Source: Hormiphora californensis (Eukaryota > Animalia > Ctenophora). Taken from it: a DNA stretch of 64,000 nucleotides. The notes beneath the pieces were generated by a model that saw nothing but the letters and a program-made list of their open reading frames with translations, ran no database searches and had not been told where the DNA came from. This document shows positions 1 to 13,000 of the stretch, in pieces. Numbering within the stretch: position 1 is the first letter of the stretch; each line of letters begins with the position of its first letter. The stretch is taken from assembly GCA_020137815.1 (NCBI GenBank), contig CM035353.1, forward strand, positions 2,356,001-2,420,000, in the 5' to 3' direction. The translations under genes were made by a program, and so were the position numbers.

Positions 1-244
1 GTACGCTGTGAATAATGTATGAGATAACGAAGCGCTTCAAGTTCGGGGATGGTTATTATTCATTAGCAGCTCTAAAAAGATAGCTTGAGCATCAGGCTAT
101 CTGTTGAGATGCAAATACAGTGCAATATTTAGGTGCCGGCAGGCACCTCCGACCCGATTTTTTTGTAACTGTTTGCTGAGCGTTATCTTTTCAAAAGAAT
201 TCATTTATTCATTTGTTGTACAAGGTGCACCCAACGGATGGACC

Positions 245-1554
245 TATAGTTAGGGGCGGGAAGCCAAATATCGGCCATGAATGGGAAAATCAATGCAACA
301 AGCTGATTTCTTCACCAATGTGTCCCCAATGGTGCCCTTTATCACCAAAAAAAAGTGTAACATCCGGCTCGGAGTGGAACATGCTCAAAATTTAGAAAAA
401 CCATATGGGCGTGGTCGAGCGTGGGAAATTTTTTTACCATCAACCAAAATGGAAAAACGAGGGCACTAGAATGTGCAGAATCATCGCATTAGTGGGGGTA
501 GGTGCCGGAGTTAAGTCTCTATCTCATCTGGTTAATTAGATAATTGGATAATTAGGTTTGCACATAATTTTCCTTTGGTTATATGGCTATAGCCACTTAG
601 GAAAGGAGTAGAGACAAAACCGAGGGCACTAAAATGATCAGCGTCCTCGAATTAGTGGGGGTAGGTGCTGGAATTAAGTCTCTATCTCATTCGGTTAATT
701 AGATAATTGGATAATTAGGTTTGCGCATAACCGTTTTTTGGCTATATGGCTATAGCCACTTAGGAATGGTTTAGAGACTTTTCATTGGTGCCATTTTGTA
801 GGTAATAGTCAAGTTATGGGGGGTCGACGTCGGACTTTTAAGCTCTATCTTCAACCGTTTAGCCGTTATTTGACTTTAAAGGTGCTCAAAATCGGGCTTT
901 TTACCGTTTTTTGCTCATTTTGAGCACCTTTATAGCCAAATAACGGCTAAACGGTTGAAGATAGAGCTTAAAAGTCCGACGTCAACCCCCCATAACTTGA
1001 CCATTACCTACAAAATGGCACCAATGAAAAGTCTCTAAACCATTCCTAAGTGGCTATAGCCATATAGCCAAAAAACGGTTATGCGCAAACCTAATTATCC
1101 AATTATCTAATTAACCGAATGAGATAGAGACTTAATTCCAGCACCTACCCCCACTAATTCGAGGACGCTGATCATTTTAGTGCCCTCGGTTTTGTCTCTA
1201 CTCCTTTCCTAAGTGGCTATAGCCATATAACCAAAGGAAAATTATGTGCAAACCTAATTATCCAATTATCTAATTAACCAGATGAGATAGAGACTTAATT
1301 CCGGTACCTACCCCCACTAATGCGATGATTCTGCACATTCTAGTGCCCTCGTTTTTCCATTTTGGCTGATGGTAAAAAAATTTCCCACGCTCGACCACGC
1401 CCATATGGTTTTTCTAAATTTTGAGCATGTTCCACTCCGAGCCGGATGTTACACTTTTTTTTGGTGATAAAGGACACCATTGGGGACACATTGGTGAAGA
1501 AATCAGCTCGTTGCATTGATTTTCCCATTCAGGCTGGTCTAGCCCCTAACTATA
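245..1554. mobile_element. ~1.3-kb foldback/MITE-like palindromic element
   Basis: TATAGTTAGGGGC (245-257) is mirrored by GCCCCTAACTATA (1542-1554). Arms ~277-893 and ~917-1530 are near-perfect inverted copies; ORFs 281-469(+) and 1340-1528(-) are mirror images. Confidence 0.8.
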
Positions 1555-1769
1555 ATACTACATATTTGGCCGTTTGGCGTTTGACGCAAATTTTATGGGG
1601 TACATGACCACTGGATTTGGGACTGAATTGGGACTGAATTATTAAAATTTATTCGTTAATAATATTTCTAATAATATGTAAGAAAACCAAAATAGAATCG
1701 AGGGTTATCATGCGATTATTGGTCGATTGTCACCCCGCTACAACTTGTCAATATAATTATTTTCTACAG

Positions 1770-3551
1770 GTTGTTACAGCAAGACTCAAGCTGATACTGG
1801 ACGATATGTTGCTAGTGCTAACTCCAACCCAGGTTCAGACTCTCCTGGCATTCACTCGGGAACTCTCCCAGGTGATTGTGCATGTGATTACCAGGAACCG
1901 ACCGAATCAGGAAATACTGGTCCCTGATTGGCTGATATTAACCAGTCACGAGACCTAAATAACGAGTTCTGATTGGTTGTTTACTTGTTTCGATCGGTTC
2001 CTGGTGATTACTGTTGTCGGACCCCGATTTACCGGGGCCTGGTTTATCGGAACGCCGGTTTATCGGGATGCTCGGGAGTCCGGGAAAATGGGTTTACCCG
2101 GCAAATTGGAGTTTGGGTTACGAAGTTACCCCTTGCCAGCGCAGTGTGAGGTGTCTTCGATACCAAAGTTTGGGCCCTGTAAATTGGACCTTCATATCAT
2201 TGTTTTTTTAAGAACTTTCCATTTCTCTCTATTTTACTTCCATAAGCACTTCAAATTCTTCCCTCTTCCTTTTCACATTCTTCTCTCTTCCCATTCATCC
2301 CTCTTCCTAGAATTTTTGTCTAGTAACTACTGTTACGATGCTTTCTGTAACAAGATTGACCTGTAATACTATGACTTTCATTAAGTAGCTAAATATGACG
2401 TCCCTCCGATCGTACAGACGCGCTAAGTTAGGCCCACTATATTTCTTATTTCCATTTGGTATTCGGCTCATTGATTTCATTGGATATGTGATCTGGGTAA
2501 TTACAGTACTCTATGTTGTTGTAGGTTACTCTGGGGTTACTGTAAAACTAGAAATTTTCGTGAGTTTTTTATTTTCGCTCTTTATTTTTGGCTGGAAAAT
2601 CCGCGAAAATTAATTCCTCGAAAATATTTTGGACGATCTTTTACAGAAAATAATGGTCATGTGACCACTGCTCTTATACGTGGCAAGGGATTCAGTAGGA
2701 GTTGTAAGCCAATGAGATGTGAGCCTTTTCTGTCTCATCCCTGATTGGCTATCTCTTAGAGCCAATCAGCAATGAGAAAATGCTCACATTTCATTGGTCT
2801 ACGCCAGGTCTGGTGTCTCATGGCAATGATGACTGCACTCTTGGCGTAATTAGACAATAGACTAGGACCGTGAAATGGGGGTAGCAGTGGGATTAGCGAA
2901 AATTAAAATTGCGAAAATAGTAAATTTTTATCGAATCGCGAAAATTAATTGCCTCGAAAATATCTAGTTTTACTCTATGTCACACATTCGCCTCAAGCTA
3001 ACAAAGACGTAGCGCGCGGGTTGATCAGGGTAGGGATCTTGGCGCGCATACTACCAATTTCTGTGCTAAATTGAGTATGTATTTGAGTGCTAATTTGAGT
3101 AATTTTATCGACTCCAGTAATTACCCAATTACACAGTATATTAATTGTATATTTCTCCCGCCAGGTGATTGAGTTTTCATCGCCTCCTCCTCAACCTAAA
3201 CCCCTGAAAACTCCGAACGTCGCTCCTACACCCCAACAGAGGTCCTCGGTTAAAGCATCGTTTATGCAAAGGTATAATAGCTGAACTCAGATCTTGTACA
3301 CAGTATATTAAACTGAGTTTAGTCATGGGTCAATTACGATCTTACCTCACGAAGAAGGGAAGGGGGAAAAAGGAGAGGAGAGAGAGAGAGAGAGAGAGAG
3401 GAGAGGAGGAGAGACGAGAGAGAGAGAGAGAGAGAGAGCGAGGCGATGAGTAGAGAGAGAGACTGAGAGTAAGGAGAGAAGAGATAGAGAGAGAGAGAGA
3501 GAGAGAGACGAGAGAGAGAGAGAGAGAGAAGAGAGAGAGCAGAGAGACGAG

Positions 3552-3592
<41 letters not shown>

Positions 3593-3670
3593 GAGAGCAG
3601 AGAGGAGAGAGAGAGAGAGCGATGAGAGAGAGAGAGGAGATGAGAGAGAGGAGAGAGGAGAAGAGAGAGC

Positions 3671-3727
<57 letters not shown>

Positions 3728-3985
3728 CAGAGAGGAGAGAGAGAGAGAGAGTGAGAGACGAGGAGAGACGATTTAGCGCTTAATTTGAAGAGAATGAGAA
3801 GACGAGAGAGATGAGAGCGAGAGAGAGAGCGAGAGGAAGAGGAAGAGAAGAGGGGAGAGAGAGATAGAGGAGAGCAGAGAGAGAATGAGAGAGAGAGTAG
3901 AGAGTGTAGCTAGAGAGAGAGAGCGAGAGATAGAGGAAGAGAGAAAGAAGAGAGATGAGAGCGAGAGATCGCGAGCTCTCTCTTC

Positions 3986-4047
<62 letters not shown>

Positions 4048-7000
4048 CCCCACCCCAACCTCCCATCTCCCCACTACAGGTTTACTCGACAGCAGGATGA
4101 TGAGGCGAACTCGGGGGACGACACTTCTTTTGACGAGGTCGTTAGCGACGAAGTTGTGGAAACTTCCTACCACCTGAAAACGGGCACTATTGACATTTTG
4201 TTGTGTGATGATGACTGCAACTCCACTGGAAATGGTAGGAAGAGAGAGGAACAGAGGGACAGAGACTGAGACCGAGACAGAGGGACAGAGACAGAGATAG
4301 AGATAGAGACAAAGAGAGACAGCGAGACAAAGAGAGACAGCGAGACAAAGAGAGACAGCGAGACAAAGAGAGACAGCGACAGTAACTATCTCTATCTTGT
4401 ACAGATCTGCACACCCCACAACAGGTTCGTTACAATACCGCGGTATAAACGCGTTTATTGTTTCACAGGTTCGTTACAATACCGTTTATTGTTTCACAGG
4501 TTCGTTACAATACCGTTTCGAGGCGGTGCAAGTGGACCTATACCCGCACCGGACTGCCAGCGCATCAAGAAGACACTGGACTCTCCCTGTTCAGTATGTG
4601 AGAGATGGCCAACAGTGGGCTACCGAGATGTTGGGAGATTTTGTTGAGAACATCGCCCACAATCGGTGAGTCGTGCAGTGACACTGTGTCCACGCTCCAA
4701 GTCAATTGTTCGTGTTTTGTTTTCCACCCCTTTGAAAGAGATTCGAGCAATTGTTTTAGACTTTCTAGAAAAGAATAATACTTCTATGGTACAATGTTTG
4801 TTCTCTGTTTGGATATACAACTTCTGGATCTCGGTAGACACCATTTAACACCTCATCCCCCCCCCCCCCCCCCCCAGGGAATGCACTGGAAAATGTATAC
4901 GAGATGGTGGTAGTTATGCGGTGTGAGCATTTCCAGATGTTACCTGTTGTGGGAATCAAACCACGGCAAATACTTGGTAAGTGCACTGTACTTATATTGT
5001 ATGTATACAATGTACAAATATTGTATTAGGTCATCCAATATTGATCTGGACTGGGTTGTTGTGAGAGAACGGTATCAGATAGAGCCAAGCGGCCGGTTCC
5101 AGCGTCTTCCTTGGATATTTTTGGGTTGGACTAGCATGGTGGGAGCCTTCACATGCCTGCTCTATGGTCTCACAGGCAATGAGTTTAGGCATTACTCTAG
5201 TTGCCGCTTTTACGCCATTTTTCAACTCAATTTTGGACCAATTAGACCTACTTCCGGATAATTTGGACGGTTCTTAACCCTATATGTGTCTTATCAAATG
5301 GCTTGAGGTATTCCATGAACCTTCCTGAAATTTTTGGATAAAATTTCTAGCACTTGGAAGTGATTTTCGCAAGGTTTGGATAAGCTGAATTTTCAAACTT
5401 TTTACTCATGTTGAAAAAAGCCGCCATGAGCTAAGTATCCATTGATCGATCGTAATAAAACTCACATTGGACCTAGAAAATTGTACTAGCTAACATTTAA
5501 CGTTCGATTCATGTCATTTAGACGTCTAAAACGTACAAAAACGGGCATTAAGTGCGTTAGACGAACTTTTGACAAAAAGCCAATTTTTGAGAGTGAAGAT
5601 GGAATGTAAAAGCTTCAATTTTGGTTGCATCGTGTTCGGGCTTAAAATTGATCTAGGATCAACGGTCAAACCGATCATCTATCCCCAATAGACAAAATGC
5701 CATGACATATTCAATCTTCCATAGTGCCACAGTTTATTCTTGCGTAAAGCGGCAACTGGAGTAATGCCTAAACTCATTGCCTGTGAGACCATAGAGCAGG
5801 CATGTGAAGGCTCCCACCATGCTAGTCCAACCCAAAAATATCCAAGGAAGACGCTAAAACCGGCAGCTTGACTCTATCTGATACCGTTCTCTCACAATAA
5901 CCCAGTCCAGATCAATATTGGATGACCTAATACATGCATTTTATATCCTTTCCGGAATGACATGCACCCCCCCCCCCCGAAACTGAAGGGTGGGTGAAAA
6001 CCTTGGTTACGAAGTTACCCCTTGCCAGCACGCGCGAAGGTCGCCCGGCGACCTAAACAGAGTGTGAGGTGTCTTCGATACCAAGATACCAGGGGGTGAA
6101 AACCAGAACACCGTGTGTCACAGTCTGGTGTTTTAATGCAAAACAAATGTACATTTTCAATGAAACTTAATTACAGCATACAGCATACAACAAAGTGATA
6201 TTAAATTTAACTTCTAATTAGAACCTTGAGCCTAGCTAGACTGCCTTTCGCGTGCCCCACGAAAATAAAAGGGGTTGAACAAAACAACTAAACAGCTATC
6301 AGTCTCTATCATTAGTTTCGTCGTTGTCGTAATTCTCTTTTCGAGAGGGGTACCGTTATTATACCTGCTGCTACTCAGGGAGATCCAGGAACCGACCGAA
6401 TCAGGAAATACGGGCCCCTGATTGGCTGATAACCAGTCACGTGACCTGAATAACGAGTTCTGATTGGTTGTTTACTTGTTTCGGTCGGTTCCTGGGGAGG
6501 TCTATATGGTCATGTGTCCTGCTCCGTGCCACGTGTTGAGCTTCACTCCAACTGTAGCAAGAGCTGCTTCAAACCGCCCGGTACTTTCTAATCGCACAGT
6601 TACTCCTCCTTGATTTCGGGTTGTGGTATGGGCTGCATTTCCAACGAATTGGTCGGTCCCTCCTTATCTCTTTTCCTCCAGAGACCGTGAAGACCAGCTA
6701 GTGGTGCAAACAGTTTAATAATACCCACACGGCCCTTTTTGTAAAGATCAGAGTGGCAGACGGGGTTGATACAGCTGTTTAAAGGGAGGATAACAATGGC
6801 GGTCAGCTCGTACCACGTGGAGGTAACGAGTCGATCTGTTAGCATTGTGTATACCATGATTCCAGCCATGAACATCCACGTGATCAGCTTCACACCCACA
6901 ATCACCGCCACTTTTTGGCAGATTTCTACGAAACTACTATCATGTCGCCCAGGCACTGGCTTGACTAGTTGCCAAAGGATGCATCCGTATGCCACGCCAA

Positions 7001-10000
7001 TAGTGAGCAAAACCAGGAAAACAACTACAATGTAGACCGACTTGTACACGACCATGGGACCTGGTCGGACCGTAAACATGTTCGGAAGGCAAACCGGAGA
7101 CCAGCTATATAGAGAATAATCATGGACTTCAAAAATCTCCGGTCTGTTTGTAAGAGTCTTCAAATCATTGATTTTTTGGTAAAAGTCCGAGGACCTTTTC
7201 TCGCTAAAAAACACTTCGTGAATCTCGCTGATACTCGACATGTCGGTATTGTCGATCACAAATGGATTTGAATTCGGAATCTGGATTTCACTCCGGAATA
7301 CCTCCTGTAGTGCACCGTGTTTGATCAATGGAACGACAGCATGAATCAGATTTAGACTCATTAAGATCCAGGAAACTGCGTATACCTTGAGAGGGGAAAT
7401 CCCTTGGGATAGAGGATTCACACATTTATAGGCCCGGGTAACGGCCATAAGTATAACTATAATCAGGGATCCGTGGGAGGAAACACTGAAAACTACGCCC
7501 AACAGTTGGCAATATGGTCCGGTTCTCCATTGTGTGTCATATTGACAGTAGTTGCCATAGTAACGAAAGTTTGCACCTAGCAAACACGCAAGGTACAACC
7601 CCATAGCAAAATCTAGGGCAATGAGGCAGACGTTCAAGTATCGATCAATTTTGATGTGGTCGAGGTCAGTGGCTCCATAATCGATTGTAAACCCATTATA
7701 CAGATTTGCCGAGATAATCACAAACATCGTCACCAGAGACACGGCTAGAAGTAGATAACTTTGTATTATCTTATTGTCTGAGGAAAAGGGTCCTCGCGAA
7801 CACCCCGCACATTCATCTAACCCATTGCTGCAATCTTTGTAATTATCACATATCTTGTCCTCATCAATCCACTCGATTTTCTCCCTCTCGGTGGAACAGT
7901 AAAACCTACCGGGGCAGTACCGCTCATCGCTCCCGTCCTCACAATCAACATTGTCATCGCACAGGTGAGTTATGGAGATCTGACTGGTTACATTCTCACA
8001 CTCTGCCGCATATGACAACAACGGAAACCAAATTCGGTCGCGGCCCACGACCATATCACATATCTTCATGGATATATTACATGACATTTTGCATCTCTCA
8101 ACCAGTCTATCCGTGCTTGGCCTAGTGGCCAACATAGCTAAGTCCGCCAAGCAGTCAGATATTTCCTTGGCATGGAAATTTATGCAGCTCCCATCACATC
8201 CAGCTACGAGAGATATCGGACCAGTACACAAGTGTCTCGGCCGAGCGTGGACAGTCATTCGGGGGATCTTCCACCCGCAAAGCGTGGCCTCCAGACCCCT
8301 ACAGGCTCTCTCATCCTCGCCGTTGGGACAATCAGGGAGTCCATCGCAAAGCTGGTCAAAAGACACACAACCTGCATTATTTGGACAGTAGATAACCGAG
8401 GTGTTGTGGCAGTCACACTCGTCCGTCAGACATTGGGAGGTACCGTCACACAGATGAATGTCCTCCATAATGCACGACCAAGTGTCATTTAGGCACATTT
8501 TGCGAGTTTTTTTAGTATCGCATGTTGTTATATTGTTCGGTGAAAATTGACATTCAAAAAGATCAGGTATCCCGGATATGTTTCGGTGTGTTAATAGTCC
8601 ACGCATCTCCTTCGATAGAAGGGAGTTACAAGGATATTATTTTCTGGCGGTCCGCATAATTTTTTCTGCTTTCAGTATCTTTGAAAATCAACCACCGGTG
8701 CTCTGACCACTAGCAATATACTTGTAGCGATGAAAAAGCAAAGCATGATTCTATCCAACAAAGTCTAACTGAAAAGAAATATGTTTCAACATTGCTCGAC
8801 GATCTCTCCCCGGTTTGAAAAAAAAACAAGTTGAACAATATTGTTTGAGGCAGTCGTGATTTTAAATAGTAGTACTTTAAATGTCTCTCATGCGCTACCT
8901 ACCACCGTTCCAAGATGAAAATGAAGATGAACATCATTTGCTATTAAATTGTTTCACTCCGTTACGATCCACTGACATATTTTGTAAAGCAGAATATAAA
9001 TGAGAGAAGTTAGCGGTATTTCAATTCACAGCGAAGCTTTCTTAGAGTGATTTAAATTTCAATCCGATGTTCTAAATCTCTTTTATTGTTATGTTCTAAC
9101 CCTTCTTTACATATTTTGTAAAGGGAGGGCGAAGCTAAATATACTAAATATAACTCGACAACAACATGATCTCTCAGTCTATAATCTTATAAGAATGTAC
9201 ATTGGAAATGCCACAATTATTGAGTTGTGACATTTCAAATATATCTTCAGAACTCCTTGCGCAGGATTCCGAGTTCTGATTTCTGAAAGTATATTTGAAA
9301 TGTCACAGGAGTTCTGAAAGTATATTTGAAATGTCACAGGAGTTCTGAAAATATATTTGAAATGTCACAGGAGTTCTGAAAGTATATTGGAAATGTCACA
9401 GGAGTTCAGAAAGTATATTGGAAATGTCACAGGAGTTCTGAAAGTATATTTGAAATGTCACAGGAGTTCTGAAAATATATTTGAAATGTCACAGGAGTTC
9501 TGAAAATATATTTGAAATGTCACAGGAGTTCTGAAAATATATTTGAAATGTCACAGGAGTTCTGAAAGTATATTGGAAATGTCACAGGAGTTCAGAAAGT
9601 ATATTTGAAATGTCACAGGAGTTCTGAAAGTATATTTGAAATGTCACAGGAGTTCTGAAAGTATATTTGAAATGTCACAGGAGTTCTGAAAATATATTTG
9701 AAATGTCACAGGAGTTCTGAAAATATATTTGAAATGTCACAGGAGTTCTGAAAATATATTTGAAATGTCACAGGAGTTCTGAAAGTATATTGGAAATGTC
9801 ACAGGAGTTCTGAAAGTATATTTGAAATGTCACAGGAGTTCTGAAAATATATTTGAAATGTCACAGGAGTTCTGAAAATATATTTGAAATGTCACAGGAG
9901 TTCTGAAAGTATATTTGAAATGTCACAGGAGTTCTGAAAGTATATTTGAAATGTCACAGGAGTTCTGAAAGTATATTTGAAATGTCACAGGAGTTCTGAA

Positions 10001-13000
10001 AATATATTGGAAATGTCACAGGAGTTCTGAAAATATATTGGAAATGTCACAGGAGTTCTGAAAATATATTTGAAATGTCACAGGAGTTCTGAAAGTATAC
10101 TTGAAATGTCACAGGAGTTCTGAAAATATATTGGAAATGTCACAGGAGTTCTGAAAGTATATTGGAAATGTCACAGGAGTTCTGAAATTATATTTGAAAT
10201 GTCACATGAGTTCCGCAAGAGCCAATGCTTCCTCTGCCTCGCTTTGCTGCTCAGCGTATGAGTTGTTTATCATTTCTCTGGAGAACCCATTGATATCCAG
10301 GTCTGCCACCACCTTGATGTCACCATACTTGTTAACCTGCACCTGGGAAGAGCCGGATATTTGGGACATTGGAACTACGAACTGTAACGGTAGTTGTATG
10401 GTGTCATGCCCACCCGATCTGAGCACACTTTCGCGTGCCCTTATTTGAGAATAAAAAGGGGTCTGGTGCCGTCAAACAGGGTTCTAGAAAGCCTCCACTT
10501 ACCGGAAAGGAGTAGAAGACGCCCTTAGCTATACCATAAGTTCCGTCACTCGGGACGGCCATGCTGACAAACTGGCCAACAGGTGTCCCCCGTGTCCAGT
10601 ATTTGAGGTGGTCGGCGATGGCCTTTCCAGTCGACATCGTGGTCATCCCTCGTCGCCGCATTATCTCCGCATACCGGGTCCGGACACTCTATAATAATTG
10701 GTGAGGGGGAGTGAAGATATATATACGAAGTTACTCCTCCCTTGCCAGCGCGCAAAGGGTCATTTCGTCAATACTGCTCTAAACGAGTTAGAGTAGCTCT
10801 TGGGAGCCCGGCCCTAATTATATACTATCAAGTTTTGTGCCCTAAATACCTTCACCAATGTGTCCCGTGCCCACTCGTTTGAGACCAGATGAGTAGCAGG
10901 GCGGACCACCTCGCCAATTTTATGGGCAATAGCTAAATACATTATGCATAGTACAGTCGGACCCCGATTTACCGGGATGCTCGGGGGAAAGGGTTTTGCC
11001 CGGTAAATCGGGGTGCCCGGTATATCGGGGCAAAATATCGTCAACTTCTTATATCGGGGGAAGTTTATCCTCCCGGTAAATCGGGGTTCCGGTAAATCGG
11101 GGCCCGGTAAATCGGGGTCCGACTGTATATGGCAATTAATATACCAACCCCTGCAGGTCCCTTGGTTTACTCAGATAAATGCCAGTTTGGTCTGACAGAG
11201 ACAGGAATACTGGTCCCTGATTGGCTGATAACCAGTCACGTGACCTAAATAGCGAGCTCTGATTGGTTGTTTACTAATTCCCTATCATTGCAGGTCCCTT
11301 GGTTTACTCAGATAAATGCCAGTTTGGTCTGACTAACAATGATCCTGCTATTTTCCTAACTTTCGTGGCATACTATAGTGATAAAGAGGACCTACCAGGT
11401 ACCTAAATCTCTCTGTGCAGATATGTCCCATAGCCACAAATCTATCTCTATTATAATTTGGAGATGAACGTCGTGGTCGAAGTCGTTCGTTCAGCGGTAT
11501 CTAAGCGACAAGCTGCTCCTTCATTAAGAATTTCAATGGCGTGTTGTGACGAAATATCGGTGAACTGACGTAACTACGGCAGCCAAGAAGGAAATCGCGC
11601 GGCGCGCACAGCACACACAGAAGACATTAAAAACTTTTAATTCAACTTCCTACCCGCGTGTTCCAGACACGTCATTTTGGTCGAGGTGTCGTCATAATCA
11701 TTCATGTTGCTATAGGGACACCTTCTATTTCTACAGTTCTCTCAGATCTCCTGCTATCAGATCACATCAACCCTATTAGTTAACCTCATTAGTACCCCTG
11801 TCAGTGTCACATTTCTCATCAGCTCAGTGCTCACATGTCTTTGTGACATGTATTCCACACCGACAGAGAATAAGGATCGGTTGATTGTTTATTAGCCGCA
11901 TATCAGTGAGGAAGTTTTGTTTTCTCCTTCCGGCTGGACAAATGAGTAGACGTAGATTTTATTGTAGAATAACGCTATCAATTTCGGCGCACAGCACCAT
12001 CTTCAGGCTATAATATACGGAATATACATGTTAGAAAAACTGTACACATACCAATCGTAAAATAAAAATTACTGGAAAATTCTAAAGCTAAGCTAATTTA
12101 GTGAAATAGTAAAAAGTTGAAAAACTACACGCGGGACTGGAAAAATTATAAAACAAAAAGTAAAGACTAGGAAATAAACGGGGTTTAAATAGTAAAGAAA
12201 TAAGATCAGATAGTGAAATAAGATAGGAATCACGCGACTGCTCAAAAAGATATCTAGCTAAAAATACTCAATGACCAATATGGCCGTTAGAAAATACTAA
12301 TAACGGATAATATTAAGAAATAAGGAATCTAGATAGATCAGTCAACTCTTCTTTTAAATTAATAGTAGGCTTCTCTCTGTTAATATAATATGCTTCTATA
12401 ATCTTTCTATATAAGATACGTGACTCTGTTGTAATAATCTCAAAAATCAAATCAGGTACTGTCTTATTATGAAACTGTTTATAGTGCACTGCGAGTGCCA
12501 TCTCCGAGTAAGATTTCAACGTAGGGGAGGTGGCATACCGGAGATGTTCTCCAAAGCGGTCTTTAGCTGTTCTCCCCGTTTCCCCGATGTAGATCTCTTT
12601 ACAGATGTTACAGGTAATCCGGTATACTGGAGCAGTCACCTGGCAGTTCCTCTCCCCCTCTAGCCGTGGACATATTTTACATGATCTCCCCCCACAGTAA
12701 GCTGCTCCATTGTCAAGGGGCCGTGAGCTACAGAAGATGTTACGTAGCTTGGTACCTGGAGTAAATACTGTTTTGATAGGAAGAGAGCGGCTAGAGATAA
12801 ACTTCTGGATCGATAATGAAAATGATTCAGAGATGTAAGGCAGTTTCAAAATAACACAGTCCTCCACCTGCTGCTTCTGACCCTGGTACAAACGACAGCT
12901 CTGTTGTTGTGCGAACTGGCGAGGGTTCTGGTACCCATTAGCAATCAGCAGGTTGTCCACTATTCTCAGGGATGCCTCCTCTTGTTCCGAATCTGATGCA

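Noticed and set aside
281-1528. Mirror-image ORF pairs (281/1340, 28368/32777, 30824/30917)
   Set aside because: By-products of inverted repeats, not duplicated genes.
3773-4419. ER/SL-repeat ORFs here and at 24-27 kb and 36.6-37 kb
   Set aside because: Translations of (GA)n/(CT)n microsatellites.
9281-10213. CRISPR-like look of the 31-bp array (also 15313-15979 and 16391-16874)
   Set aside because: No unique spacers, no cas genes, eukaryotic context; these are plain tandem repeats.
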